Shown: positions 13,101-25,865 of the stretch, piece after piece
Layout: each line of letters opens with the position of its first letter
Numbering within the stretch: the first letter of the stretch is position 1
Assembly: GCA_964035545.1 (NCBI GenBank)
Contig: OZ037773.1
Span: 5,485,751-5,549,750 of the forward strand
Direction: 5' to 3'
Origin: Bugula neritina
Lineage: Eukaryota > Animalia > Bryozoa
Length of the DNA stretch: 64,000 nucleotides
Translations under genes and position numbers: made by a program
Notes under the pieces: model-generated
Seen by the model: the letters and a program-made list of their open reading frames with translations, nothing else
Database searches by the model: none
What the model was told of the DNA's origin: nothing

Positions 13101-15133
13101 ATCACTCATGTTTTATACTGGGTTGAAAAGCACCAACACTTTGCTAGAAAGGCTTTTTGTAAACTACCGGAAATTTACTATGAAGTATATTTTTTAAACT
13201 TTCTGACTCTAGCGAACTCCGTTTCCTTCAGCATACATTTTAGAATAAATTAATTAATCAGTAAATGAGTGAGTGAGTGAGCAGGAAAGCTAGTAAAGTG
13301 AATGAATAAATGAGTGAGTTAAGATAATCAGTAGGCGAGTGAGTGAGTGAGTGAGTGAGTGAGTGAGTGAGTGAGTGAGTGAGTGAGTGAGTGAGTGAGT
13401 GAGTGAGTGAGTGAGTGAGTGAATGAATAAATGAGTAAGAAAATAAATGGCATAAAAACTGTCAAAACAAATGAAAGCAAAACATCTAAAACTGGTGCCT
13501 AGGAATGAAAAGCACATAAAGCCCTGTAGCTATATAGTTTATGGTGTGATAGTAAAAATATTTATGTATCACTCTTTTTAGGCACTTCCTCTAAAATCAA
13601 AACAAGTTTTTGCAGGCTGTGGGCTCATTAAAAACAACCTAGGTATGTGTCAAAGCCCAAAACCCTCAACTATGATGTAGTGCACTTAGCAGCCAAAACC
13701 ATGATGCTTGTTAAAATGTCTAAATAACAAAATTTCTATAAAGTAAGAACTGTAGAATATAGAAATGTAGAATTTACTGCAAACATACAAGCTTTAGAAA
13801 GTTAGAAAATAGTTTTCAATAAAAATGCTGGGTGTCTTTTCAGAATAACTGATGCTATAAACTATAAAGTATAGAACAACACATGACCTTGATTACTTTA
13901 TGCTAGGAACACTTAGCAATAACATTGAAAACATAAATCCACAATGCTTCCAATGTTATTGTCATCAAAAACCTTTAACTCAAAATTTTAAATCATCCAG
14001 CAATTCTACTAATCATTGACAACAACAGTGAGTTAATTTAAATTAAATGCTAGTGATACAAATCTTAACCATAACTAAGAGGCTGACCTAAAGTGTCATC
14101 TAACTTTATTAATTTTTAGCTGGGCTTATTCAGATAATCTTGTCCTACCTAATTTATAGAATTCTCTGAAGATTATCTTAGACTTTAGAGTCCTTAGCCC
14201 TTCCAATCTAATAAGAACTAGCAATCAAAATTTATTATCTTTATTGTGGTACATTGTGTAGCAAGCCATAAAAATTTGTCATGACTAACCGGGCAATGTC
14301 CAGGAAAACATTTAGGAGCAGTAGTGGCGAAATTGAGAAAGCATTTACAAAAGAAGAAGTTATTCAGAGGATATGTTGTAACACATAGCAGCAGTCACGT
14401 AGTTGGCTGTGTTGACCAATTTATGTGATGATCTTAGAAACAAAACATCAGTAATTGAGATATTTTATGAATCAGCTGGCAGGTAGATGGACCACAAATA
14501 ATGTATTATTTGTTTTTTACAGCATTTTCTTGTGAAAAAACACATTAACTTCCACATAATTACAATCTAAATACTACAAACAATCGGGCTGACACTTCTA
14601 TATACATTATTTAGTCTAACTAAAAACAATTTATTTAGTAAGTTATTTGAGAACAATAGACTTTTACCATTAAAATTCCTGTTGGAGGACAAAAAAAGAA
14701 ATATAGGTATTGACTCTTTCAATCACCTCGCAAATCATTTTGCACATGATCTCCAGTATTTCTAATTATAACTACAAATGCAAAGCGCCACCTGCTTATA
14801 TAACCTTAGAGATGTTGAATTCTCTGCTAGTAGAATTCTGCTCGATAAATAGTCAAAAAATGATCAGTAAAACTAAATGTTCATTATGAGAGCTCAGGTA
14901 GAAAACAAGAAATGTATGCTTTAATAAGAAAGACGAACGATAAAACTGCTTTAAATCTGAACAAACATAGTTCACTTTTTATGCGAAAGAGAAACGGGAC
15001 AGTCACAACAAAGAATACTCTTACCATGTAAGCTGTTATCTTCCACCAAAGTCGTGAGCTCAGGAGATGTCACTAGCAGTAAGGGAGGTGTCACTGTAGC
15101 TCTACGACGTTGGGCCTTACTCTTAGACACCAT
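1168..15133 (-). CDS. PLEKHG1: Dbl-homology RhoGEF, PLEKHG1/2/3 family; 5' part only (continues off the left edge)
   Basis: Six GT-AG exons with consistent phases: 15133-15025 (MVSKSKAQRRRATVTPP..., phase 1), 10183-9999 (0), 4869-4748 (2), 4032-3900 (0; ...EYVIEEILLTEIQYVRDLSDIVE), 1751-1657 (2; GYLGF...IYSNIENILNFH), 1284-1168 (2; SFLNELKECEEEPVEIAKCFINRGDDFQIYAEYVTNYP). These motifs match the start of the DH domain of PLEKHG1/2/3-type GEFs. The symbol is a family-level call, not strict orthology. Confidence 0.85.
1772..2335. repeat. Degenerate (TAG/CAG/TAA)n trinucleotide tract
   Basis: Long AGT/AGC/AAT run abutting the acceptor of RhoGEF exon 1751-1657, including 18-bp sub-repeats GTAATACG(T/C)AGGAGTA. 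Confidence 0.95.
6117..6180. repeat. Perfect 27-bp inverted repeat with 10-nt loop
   Basis: CAGCAAGCTTTCAGTGCAGTTATGGCA-ccaaggcagt-TGCCATAACTGCACTGAAAGCTTGCTG. Confidence 0.95.
6614..6691 (-). CDS. Probable alternative first (or cassette) coding exon of the RhoGEF: MAWDSQTTQRPRSTSWARLRHSLRLK
   Basis: ATG in good Kozak context (atcATGG), 26 open codons, AAG|GTTGGT donor in phase 0, which joins in frame to the phase-0 acceptor of exon 4869-4748. Locally GC-richer than the surrounding intron. Confidence 0.55.
10227..10443 (+). mobile_element. tRNA-derived SINE, family 1, copy 2
   Basis: A box TGGTCTAGGGG, B box GGTTCGAGCCC, family body; degenerate TSD (actgagtaacaaccacag / attgagtacaaccccag). 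Confidence 0.88.
11814..11970. mobile_element. MITE (~157 bp) with ~30-bp TIRs flanked by TA
   Basis: Left GGAGCAGTGGTGGAGAAATTGAGACAGCCT; right end reverse-complemented GGTGCAGTAATGAAGAAATTGAGAAAAGCCT; TA on both sides; a solo left TIR recurs at ~14313-14342. Confidence 0.7.
12459..12530 (+). other. Degenerate tRNA-like sequence (SINE head/pseudo-tRNA), similar to 37257-37330
   Basis: GCCACCATAGTGTAATGGTTAGCATCTCAGCTTACAAGTTAGAAGGCTGTGGTTCAATTCCCAGTGGAGGTC followed by TTTTT. Confidence 0.45.
13265..13436. repeat. (GAGT)n microsatellite
   Basis: Pure GAGT run ~13337-13420 with degenerate flanks. Confidence 0.95.
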
Positions 15134-15842
15134 GACTGAAGAGTAGCCTACTTAGTGTACATGTCCTTTAGTGAAATATGTGTTTAGTAGGTCGTGGTTC
15201 TACGCAGAACAACTCCGCAAGGTATGTCAACCTGCCAGGTATGTTTGCAGACGGCTCTAGCAATTTATCTAGTTTCGCGTCAAGTGTTTGACAGAATGAC
15301 AGGCTGTATACAATTAGATTCTAAAATATGCGTGATTTCGATAGTCAGTTGAATAGTTCGAGAGGTTTCAGCGGCTTAGCACCGACCGACGGTGGTTCAA
15401 CGATGACCAACGACACTCGACCACTTTTAGCCCTTCAAAAAATTTGGTACAAATACGATGTATTTGAATAGGAATTGGTTTGTATTGGTAGATACTGTTA
15501 AGCACAAGTTAGAGACGGATAGATACAGATGGCAACTGTGCTAGACACAAATTAGAAACGGATAGATACCAATAGCAACTACCTCACTACGACACGAGAT
15601 ATCATATGAAGTACAACCAACATTCGCAGTTGAGTGACAGAAGTGCCAAATCGTACCGAACATAAACATGACCTCTGACCTTTTGTGGCATATTCCACAT
15701 TATTTTGATAAAACTCTATTGGGGGTTTAGTAACCATGTGTGACTTCCTAGTTCTATTTGTCCTAATTACTTACAAAGCCATAGATTTCTAGGTTGAAAA
15801 TTGAATTATGAAGCATCATAGCGCACAGTGTATTGTCTAGAA

Positions 15843-17552
15843 CAGGGCTGTCCAACAGGCGGCCCGCGGGCCGGATCCGGCCCTCCAGCTATATTTGTGT
15901 GGCCCCCCAAGGTATAGCAAGTTACAAATTTTTGTTCATCAAATTTGCTAACTAGCCTGAAACAGCAGCACATATAGGATAGTTGAGAGCATCCCACTAA
16001 GAATTTCTATCAAAATGTAGTTTAAGTTCTTTTACAATATTGTTCTGTGGGTGGCATGCGTGTTGCCTACTTGTCATTGTTTAGCCTGAGATCAAACTAC
16101 AACCAAGAACAGCAAGCTAGTCATTATAGTCTGTTAGCTAGCAAGCCTGTGACTTATAGTAATGTAGACCCCTATATTATATTTTCATCTCTACGCGTTC
16201 ACTGAAGCGTGAAGTGATGCACAGTGCTTACTACTTAAAAAAAAATAATATACCATTTCCCGCGTATAAATCCACAATTTATATAAAATCTAAAAGTCAT
16301 TGCTTTTTTTTATTCAGATATCATGTTTTTCTGCTAAGATATTTTACTGGTACTAAAAAAAATCAGCTATTGAGGCAAAATTAGCCAAAAATGTGCAGTT
16401 TTTTTTCTATAACTTTGCAAAAGAATGAAAAAATTCCAAAAAAGTTGCACTGGGAAAAATAAGATTCACAACATAGTTTTTAAATTTTGATTCTAGTAGC
16501 CTACAATCAAATGAGATTGTTTTTACTGGTACTGAATTTTTACAGTTACAATGCAAACCCCAGCAAGGCAGTTGCAGCTGAAAAGTTGCCTGTAACTATC
16601 CTGCGCAGACAGGTATTTCAAAGACATTTAATCAGGACTGGCCATATAGAGAAAACACTTTTTTGAAAGTATAACTAAGATCTCATTTTTATTGATTGTA
16701 ATGTGAAAGATAAGTAGTTAAAGAATCCCTGACACACTTCACTTATGCAGTACTACAATATTATTATGTATATGTTAGTTTTTATTTACATACTGTTTTA
16801 AGGTTAGATGCCTAAACAATTTTGTTTTATAATGAATTTTGTGCGAGTATGTACTGAAATGATTTGGGATTTGTGATCGCCTTGACCTTTGACTGCTTGT
16901 TAGATGCTGCACTGCACAACATTATCACCGAGATGGTTTGAACTTTGAACTTTCAATTTTCAGTCAAATGAAATACACAAAATAAATACTACACTTCACT
17001 CACTAGTCAGCACATAGTCCAGCAACTAAGGGTTATATGTTCTGATACGAAACCAGATATTAACAGAATTGTTCAAGGCAAACAGTACTCACTGTGTACT
17101 CACAAGTGTTTCACTGATGGTTGTAAAATATAACTATACTGGTATGAGTACAGACTCTTAGCACTGGCACATCTTGCTTAAATTTGCGTATGCAATCATG
17201 AATATATACTTTGTATGTATATAATATGTATAATTTTTTATGCACAAACATAAATTCATATATAATTATTGATTATTAAAGTAATAAAAATGAAATGTTT
17301 CTTGTTTACCTATTTTAATTAAATGCATATATACACACATACACACACATAAATAATATATATCTATTTAAATATGTTATGATTTTAATAAACATGCAAA
17401 GCCTAGCCTAGCTTATAATTACAATACATATAGCCTGCAGATGTTTAATGAATCTTGAAAATTGATCTTAAAAACAGAAAAAATGTTGTGGCCCTCGGCT
17501 CAAGCTGAAACTTGCAGACTGGCCCTCGGTCTGAAAAGGTTGGACACCCCTG
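15843..17552. mobile_element. Non-autonomous hAT DNA transposon (Charlie/Buster-like), 1710 bp
   Basis: TIRs CAGGGCTGTCCAAC ... GTTGGACACCCCTG; perfect 8-bp TSD GTCTAGAA (15835-15842 and 17553-17560), matching the NTCTAGAN target typical of this group; subterminal GGCCC repeats; no transposase ORF. Confidence 0.92.
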
Positions 17553-20500
17553 GTCTAGAATAACATCTCATTGATTGAGATTAAGAGTCTACTAATATTG
17601 ATTTCTTAGTTATATTAAACTGTCTTCCCAGAGATAATGAAATTATAAATAGATTGAAGAGCAGTTTTTACAGTAAGTGCAGTGAAGGACTTAGGTATGG
17701 CCCAGGCACCTCCCAACATAGAAATTAAAGTTTTCATGCGTTAGTATCTGCTAGTTTGAGAAAAGCCTACATTCTTTAACAAAAATGGAGCAAAAAAGTT
17801 ACGTTTTCGCAGCTATTTAAACTCTTGCCGCAAACAAAAAGTTATTAAGAGTATTTGGGAGCTTAAGCTAATAAAATTTATCCACTGCTGCATTTGAATA
17901 GAAAATAATATATTAATTGCAATTTATTCAATGAACCAGATGAATTTCTGAAAGAAGTGTAGAGAAGGAAAAGTGAAAGAATTGTTTTACACAATATGAA
18001 GGTGACTCATCAATAATATGTTCTCCATAAGAGCGGCATGGTTTTAATTTAGTCCTTATTATTATTTGCAGACCTGCACTCACAGGCACTCACAACCTGT
18101 TATATAAAGCAATAAACAATAAAAATAAGAAACATAAAATAAAAATACCTAAACCATTTTGTACAAGTACACGATGCTTAAAATAGAAGTTATCTTTCCT
18201 ACAATGCCTCCTAAATATTTTGTGCTAAGATTTAATGCTATAAAAATAGCAATTTGCAGAAAAATGCAAATAAAAACCGCATAAAGTTCACAATTGAACA
18301 AAGTTTGTAATGGGAAAACTAAGCTATCACCAGAGGTTAAGTTTTTTTAATGATGCTTCATTGCTTTAAGCATTTTTCTAATTTATTATTCCTGAAATCT
18401 CTTTTGTTTTGAATTTAAAAATCAAAAATTTAATTACTGCAGATATTCAAAACATTGTGGAAATGCTTAGCCACTAGTAATAAACATAAAAACTCATGAC
18501 AATACAATTATCAATTATTATTGGCTCATTAGAAAGCTTCACATTCAAGAAATGATATTGCCTTAAAGCTAAAGCAGCAACCAACCAAAGAGTTTGGCGT
18601 TGCTTATTGGTATGGTATCATAGTAATAGGATTTTAAATTAAAAAATGGAATTGTTTGCTTCACATCTGAGAGAATACAACTCTTACTACAATTGTATCA
18701 ATTTAGTTGTAGAATATTTGTGATCAAATTTGAAATTGTAAATTATGATTATTGTTTATCATCTTTGAAAATACATAAGAAATAAGTAATTGTTATCAAA
18801 TTATGACTCTATCTTTGTATCTCAAATGAGTCATATAAAAATACAAAAAAGTAACATTATTTTTATGGTGCAAAATAAGTAGCAGTTAGGGTTTATAAAT
18901 TTAGCTATTGGACAAAATACTGCAGTAGACTCAGTTGCTATTAAACATTGTACATTAAATTTTTGGATAAACTTATAAAAGCAATTTCATAACTTTCAAT
19001 AAATGCATATGAAAAGTTTATATAGAATCTGGTTTCTACCTCCAACTACAATAACCTTACACAACGATTTGTAATGGTTTACGTACCTGACAAACCCAAT
19101 GACTTTTTGAGAGACAAGAACTTAAGAACCATTTTCTTAGTGAGAGAGCTGAGTAATGAACAAGAGTGAACTGATTTCGGCTAGGTATAAGATGACACAC
19201 GTTCTTTATTACTGATAAAGTGCGGAGTAAATTGTCCATAAAATTATACTGCTCTGTTTGGCATACCATAGAATACTATCATCCACAAATTCATTCTACT
19301 TTAAACCAATATAAGTGTCTAAGACAATGACTATATACTGAATAAGTAGAACGTTGGCAAAGACTCTGATTGAAGGTAATGGAAGGGTAGATGCTTAGAA
19401 AGTGATTGTGTAGGAACTCATGCATGGTGATAGGATAAATGACTCAAGGTAAAGACATTTATTAAGCAATCAAAACCATATACACCCATTTAACACTCTC
19501 TCTCAAATTACCCATATACAATGACTATAATTATTTAGTAATTCACATCTGATCAATATGATTACATGATGTAGAAGCTATAATAAAGTAGGCAAGACAT
19601 GTATCATAATAACATACCCTGTACTGCATGATCTATATTATAGCTAACTATCGTACGTGCTGTATCAAAGCAACTTATGTAAGTTTTACTGCAACTTTAA
19701 AAATACATACTAACCAAAACTGGTTGAAACTGAAAACTTGATTATTGAAATAGAGTATAAAATAGAAATATTTTATTACAATTCTGATAAGCTAATAAGA
19801 CAGGATAAAGATGACAACTCCAAATTATTGCGATCAACTTTTAGTGAGCTTTTGTAATTCTGTAAAACGTGAATTAGTAACCTTGACATGCATGCAGGCG
19901 ACAATAACGCAATAAAAAACTGTTTTGAGTAAATCTAGAAACAAGTATTTCGTAAATTGGTTTTCCCAATAATAATAACAAAATAATAATTATGTTTTTT
20001 TAGTAATTAATTAGTGCTTTAACTTGAATCAATGCTTGAACTCAATTGAGTCTTATAATAACCTTAAGTTCAAGTTGAATTATTTAAAATACTAGCTTAA
20101 AAATTTTACCCAACATTTTCCCATATGTCAATGAAGTTTTTAGTTTGTACTGCTACAATCTACAAAGTTCTGTGCTTGTAATTATAACTCTGAACTACAT
20201 ATAGTTTATCTTAATTATCATGTAACTTTCACATTATTTGAAAATAATATTGCATTTATTGGTGCTTACATCAATTATTTACTTTAAATTTTTATTCTCT
20301 ACCAGATTATGTTAAACTTGTTTAAATATTTACATGTAGTCATTATCTATATATCCATATCAGTCATGTCATCTGCACGCAACTTAAAAAATTTTTTATA
20401 ATGTGAGAAATTGAGACGTTGTTGTTACTATAGTTTAAAACTCTATATATGTGTAGGAAAAATCGATAATTTTATCAAGCAAAACATAAACACACAGGTA

Positions 20501-21985
20501 AGTAATGCTGTTAGAAAAATGAGTGGGTATACACATTTCTCTCAATAGCATACTGATACCTTGTACAGTTTTATATATTAGCTCTAGTATTGTCTATTTA
20601 CTTTTATTTGACTTGGTTAATGCCTTCCTTTTATGTAAATATTTTATTGCTTTATATAACTGCATAAACCTGAGTCAAGGTGTCTCAAGCTATCACGTTC
20701 TAAGACTGTAAATGGCATTAGCTTGACTTGAAAGAATGGATAGCTAGAGAAGCTAACAGGTTCAATAACACAAAACAATAACCCATTTTATATAACTAAT
20801 AATTACATTTGTTTACCTGCTAATAACCTGCTAAAGCCATTCTAAAATTCCTTGAAACTATACATTGAGTTCAGGAAACTTGGGAATATGTATTCTTGAT
20901 CAATAGCAATGTCACCTGAACTGCTACTAGTATAAGTGTTTAGAAGAAGTCAAGTGCAGCATGCTGTGATCAAAGAGGCTTTCAAATGTAATTTAGAAAC
21001 TTATATCAAACTGATTTAACTGGTTTAAATAGACTAAACAACAATCAATACAAAAGTTATTTCTTTATTTTAACTAAAATACAAAAACTATAAAAATTTA
21101 CAATCTAAAAGTGGTAACTTCCACTTGCTTGCAATCACTCATACAGCGGAACTGACAACAGCTTGAACAACAGTCATAGAGAAAGCATTGTTACTAGCTT
21201 GCCACTAGGGCAAACAATACAAACTTTTAACTTTATTAATAAATACGTTAAAGCACATTCTAGACCAAATTATTATTTGTAGCAAGAGATCAAGATCGCG
21301 CTCGCTTTCCCTCCTCTTCACCCAAAGAAGACACCTATTTATTCATACTACTTTTTCCTGTACCACTCTCATTTGACTTACTCAATCTCAGATTTAATCG
21401 TCTGAGAAAACATTAACTTTTAGTGAGCCTGAGTTGCTATTTGTTGGTTTGACATTTGGGTTCTGGGTGCAGTGCCAGTGGGGGATAACTCCTTTAAATT
21501 TGATTAATCTAGCATAGAAGTCATGGAGCTACATTTACTTATTATTCATCACACAGCTAGTGTGACTTATAAGTAGTAGTCAGTAGTTAATTCGAATATG
21601 ATGGTAAAAAGTAAATGCACTTGGAACCAAAGGGATGAAATTACTGAGTGACTGATTGAAACTGAAAATTATAATGCAAAACTTTTCATGATGCAGTGAT
21701 AGCTTTATATATTCTATGTTGGAGTTGTGTCTCTTGGTTAGGTATGTGTGGGTAGACCATGTTGATGATTGCTAACCTGGGAAAATGAACTTTTAAAACT
21801 GCTAAAACTGCTTGTAACTCCAAAATCATACAAATGTGTGAGTGAGAAATATTACTCAAAGGCGCTAACCTTAACTAGCATAGTATGACCTTGACCGACA
21901 TGCATGCGAGAACACAAGCTAGTACCATTTGACAGAAATTCTTGGGCTATAAATCTTTTCATGCAATATTGACACTGAATTGATC

Positions 21986-22139
21986 TATAAGCAGCCCCGA
22001 GTTGGTGGTGATTGAGTGCAGTAATTTGGGATCTTGAGTTGGGAGTTGGTAGTTTAGGTTGTAACTTTGAGCCTTCAATTCCAAACTTGAGAACCCCAAA
22101 CTACTGCACTCACTCACTCCCAACTTGGAGCTGCTTATA
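21986..22139. mobile_element. Foldback/MITE-like element, ~63-bp imperfect inverted arms
   Basis: TATAAGCAGCCCCGAGTTGGTGGTGATTGAGTGCAGTAATTTGGG... versus the reverse complement of the right arm TATAAGCAGCTCCAAGTTGGGAGTGAGTGAGTGCAGTAGTTTGGG... Confidence 0.65.
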
Positions 22140-23037
22140 AAACATCACGAAGCTGTTAAACGATTGTTAGTTAACACGAAACTTACATGTCACAGATATA
22201 ATATTATTATTTTTTTATCTATACTTGAATATATGCTCCTACCTTTCAACTGTTTGAGCTGATAGAATCAGAGGTGACAAGTAATCCAAGGAAGTAAGCA
22301 GAAAGTCAATGTGAATATACCGATTTGTAAGCCTATGGCAAGTACAGATGCAATAGTGTTGCTGTTTTCTACAAGATAATGAAGGCACCTTTTAGCATGG
22401 CAGAAGTGAATAGTTTGAAAACATCTAGTGTCAGTTAGTTTAGTACAAAAGGAGTGAAATATAGTATTGGCCCACAGCATAATAACATTGAAAGTATTGT
22501 TCACCTTAAACAATAACAATACAATGAAAGAGGCATGAGCTTGTGTGCTTGTATACATTATACTATTGTGAATCGCACAATGATCCTTGCACTAACATTC
22601 CTTTACATTAGGCAGACAACTCCTGATGATATTGACTTTTATTATTGTTAGAGTTTTAAATGCAAAAATTGAAACTAAAAATATCCATACTTCACATATA
22701 CTAAATGGCTTTTAAATAATATACTTAGCTGGAAAATTGTTAAAAGATGCAGGTAGTATTTACAATTTTGACACACAAATTATATTAAATCAAAACAACC
22801 GATATTAACATTCAAAAGTTTTAATTAAAGAAAGAATAGCCTGAAAGCTCAAGTATATCATTTTTATATTAGATTTCAGGCTTTATGAGACTGAGCATAA
22901 CTTATTTTACAAATAAATAACTCGAAATAGTTATTTGTACTGCAATATTTTAGCAGGTGCAGCAATAACTAACTGGTTTGTTATAAGAATAGGATCATAA
23001 CCAGAGGAATAATGCTGTTATATAATATGATCCAATA

Positions 23038-23140
23038 TTTATATAATATAATATAATATATAATCTATAATATATATTATATATTATACATTATATATAA
23101 TATAATATGATATAATATAATATACAATATTTATATAATA
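23038..23140. repeat. (TATAA)n AT-rich simple repeat
   Basis: Visible TATAA/TATAT reiteration. Confidence 0.85.
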
Positions 23141-25865
23141 TTTACATTTACATATGATGCAATATTTATTTTAGTTGCAATAGAGTAAAATACTTGCAGT
23201 GTAGTGTTATTACATTCACATAGCAGGTTTCTACAGATTTAATTATAATATCATAAGCAAGTTATGGAAGGTGAGAAATTGCACACTACTGCTAAATAAC
23301 TAAAGTGATGTAACTAGTATGGTAATCAGTAGAATAAAAATTATTTCACTGACATTACAAAATAAATAATACCAATATAAATAAATTGTTTAATCAATAT
23401 TTATATAGTCATATTCCTAATTGCCTATACTTCAATCTACACAATGATACTAATTATAAAGCATAAAGCTGCATATATCAGTAATTCACATGCATGGGAT
23501 GCACTATGAAATTTTGATAATAAAACTTTATAAAATTACAAAACATACAATTAAATAGGAACTACCAAATTGAAAAATGTTTTTCTAACAACTGCATGAC
23601 TAGAAAATAATGTGCACTAGTTCAATTTAATAAAATTCCCTTCTCTAAACCTCTCTTGGTATGTGTAAGACTAGCTGCTATGACACTGATAAAATGGCTG
23701 ACCAGCAAGCAAGGCTAAAAGCTACCAGAACAACATGAGAAGCCAAGTAGCTTTTTGTCTCTCCTCACTTACCGTCTGTCTTCCACAAACTGATTGTGAC
23801 CAAATAAAGTGTTACAAGTGTTTGCTCCCATGCATATCACTCAGAGTGTACTTATCTCTATACCTAGGGTGTACAAACACAATGGAATCTATTTGTATAA
23901 ATAGTAAGTGTAATAAACATAGTAAGATTATCTTCTATTGTCTTAATCATTCATGTTTACACACCTTAACCCATTGTGACACAGGAAATCTTTTGTGTTT
24001 GGTTAGCTTAAGTTTTTGCAGACGTAGTCCAGCATAGGTTGGGCGTGTTGAGGCCTGCCTCTCAATCACACGTGACCATCATAGATGCAGGGCTTTTATT
24101 CACTGTGTAAAAATACTGCCTTTTGAAATGATGAGTGTTGACAGTAATTAGACGCTATGAATCATTATTAATGGTGAATGACTTCAATAGTTGGAAGCTA
24201 TCAGTATGCACATTCATAAAAGCCTAATATAATAAAAGCTATATATTTTGTCATTACTGGGCAAGTTGCAAGTATAGTGTATGTTTTGCATTAGACATAA
24301 TGCTATTGTGTTCTCATTTTCTGAAATTTTCTGAATGGTTTTTTTAGTTACTTAAAATCAAGATCTAAGCTATTTAAAGTATTTAAACAAAAGTATTATA
24401 TTTGATCATCAATTGATTTTAATAAAAATGTCAACTACATGATTTTCAGCACATGGTATATGATTTTTATTTGTTGATAACCCATTTCGGAAGCCTTCAA
24501 TGAATTACTAATTCAAACTTATCTATGCCAAAGTTTCTGGGGCATGTCATGTTAGTGACAACAGGTGTCTAATATATATTTCTGCAACGCTTACATTACT
24601 AGACTTTTGAAAAATTAAGGGTTTTTAGACAAATGTTTTTTATAGTTGGGATTTCTAGCCATGGGGTTGCAGATTGAGTTGAAATTAAACTTACTGAATT
24701 TGTGCCTCTGGCAATAACTTATATTCTGGTATAATTAATGTAAACATGGTAACACCCTAGTTTGATAATATAGAGTATACAAGATACAAATGGTGGCTAC
24801 ATTTAATATTCAGGACAATTAGGTTGTTAGAAATAACACCGCTCATTGCTTTGCTTAAATTGTTTTTTGATTGTAGATTTAGTTAAAAATTTAGTTTGAG
24901 GGAGCTAGCTAGGTGGTTTAAGGGACAAGTAATGTTTGTCACAGACGTTCGTTTTTATCATAATACTCTCAGAGTTTTGAGCAAAGTAGAACAACTATGT
25001 AATTATTGGTCCTTGTATGTATACATAGCAATCGCAGAATCTGTTTATACATATGAGTTTGTTAGGCTACATTGAAATACAGTACAAGTCATTGTTGCTA
25101 AATTTATAGAAACTCTTACTGAAATAGCAGCTACTATTTTTGCAAGTAGATTAAATTAAATGTTGGTAATTTTTAAAAGATTCAAATAAAATGCCCAGGT
25201 TAAACCTAATAATCTCATTTAAAACTATATATCTATAGAAAATTTTAGTTGTGGAACGAACTATAGACATATATGTGGTTGAAAATGGCTAAACCTGCAA
25301 TAAAATTGTAGATTGAAAATCTAAATATGCATTAAAGAACATATTTTATTTCTACAAATCATAAAAATACAAAAATTAATTGAAGCTATGAAGTGCGCAG
25401 CAGTGTTTTAGAACATAGAGAATAAACATTTTATGTAATTTATAGAACACAACATATCTTGCAATCTAAAGAACAACAAAACAGCGACTCTGCAAACCAA
25501 ATTGAAGACACATTGGTTGTAGATTGAGTTACATCTGACATTCACAGAACTTTATATCAGTAGAATAGCTTATATAACACTAATTAATATGCTATAATAA
25601 ATCATACATAGGCTTTTGTGAAGAAATTTGTAGAAATTTCATTATATTACACATTGCAAGTAACACAATATAATCAAAATTACTCTCTAATGAACTAATC
25701 AAGATTATAGAAATTTACTGCCGTTTACTAATACAAAGTTGGTTTTAAAATAATATTTTATAGAATTTAGATACAAAAAGATAAATGGGCTTTTTGCATA
25801 ACAATATTATTTATTATCCATTACTACAACAAAATGATATTAGAATTGTCTACCCCTACTGTGAG

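Noticed and set aside
13290-13517. ORF with (HSLT)n
   Set aside because: Translation of the (GAGT)n microsatellite.
19057-19320. Possible reverse-transcriptase remnant (FVDD in one minus frame)
   Set aside because: No other RT motifs and the frame is short; probably chance.
23735-24037. 100-aa Cys-rich ORF
   Set aside because: No domain pattern or splice partners; composition typical of random AT-rich ORFs.
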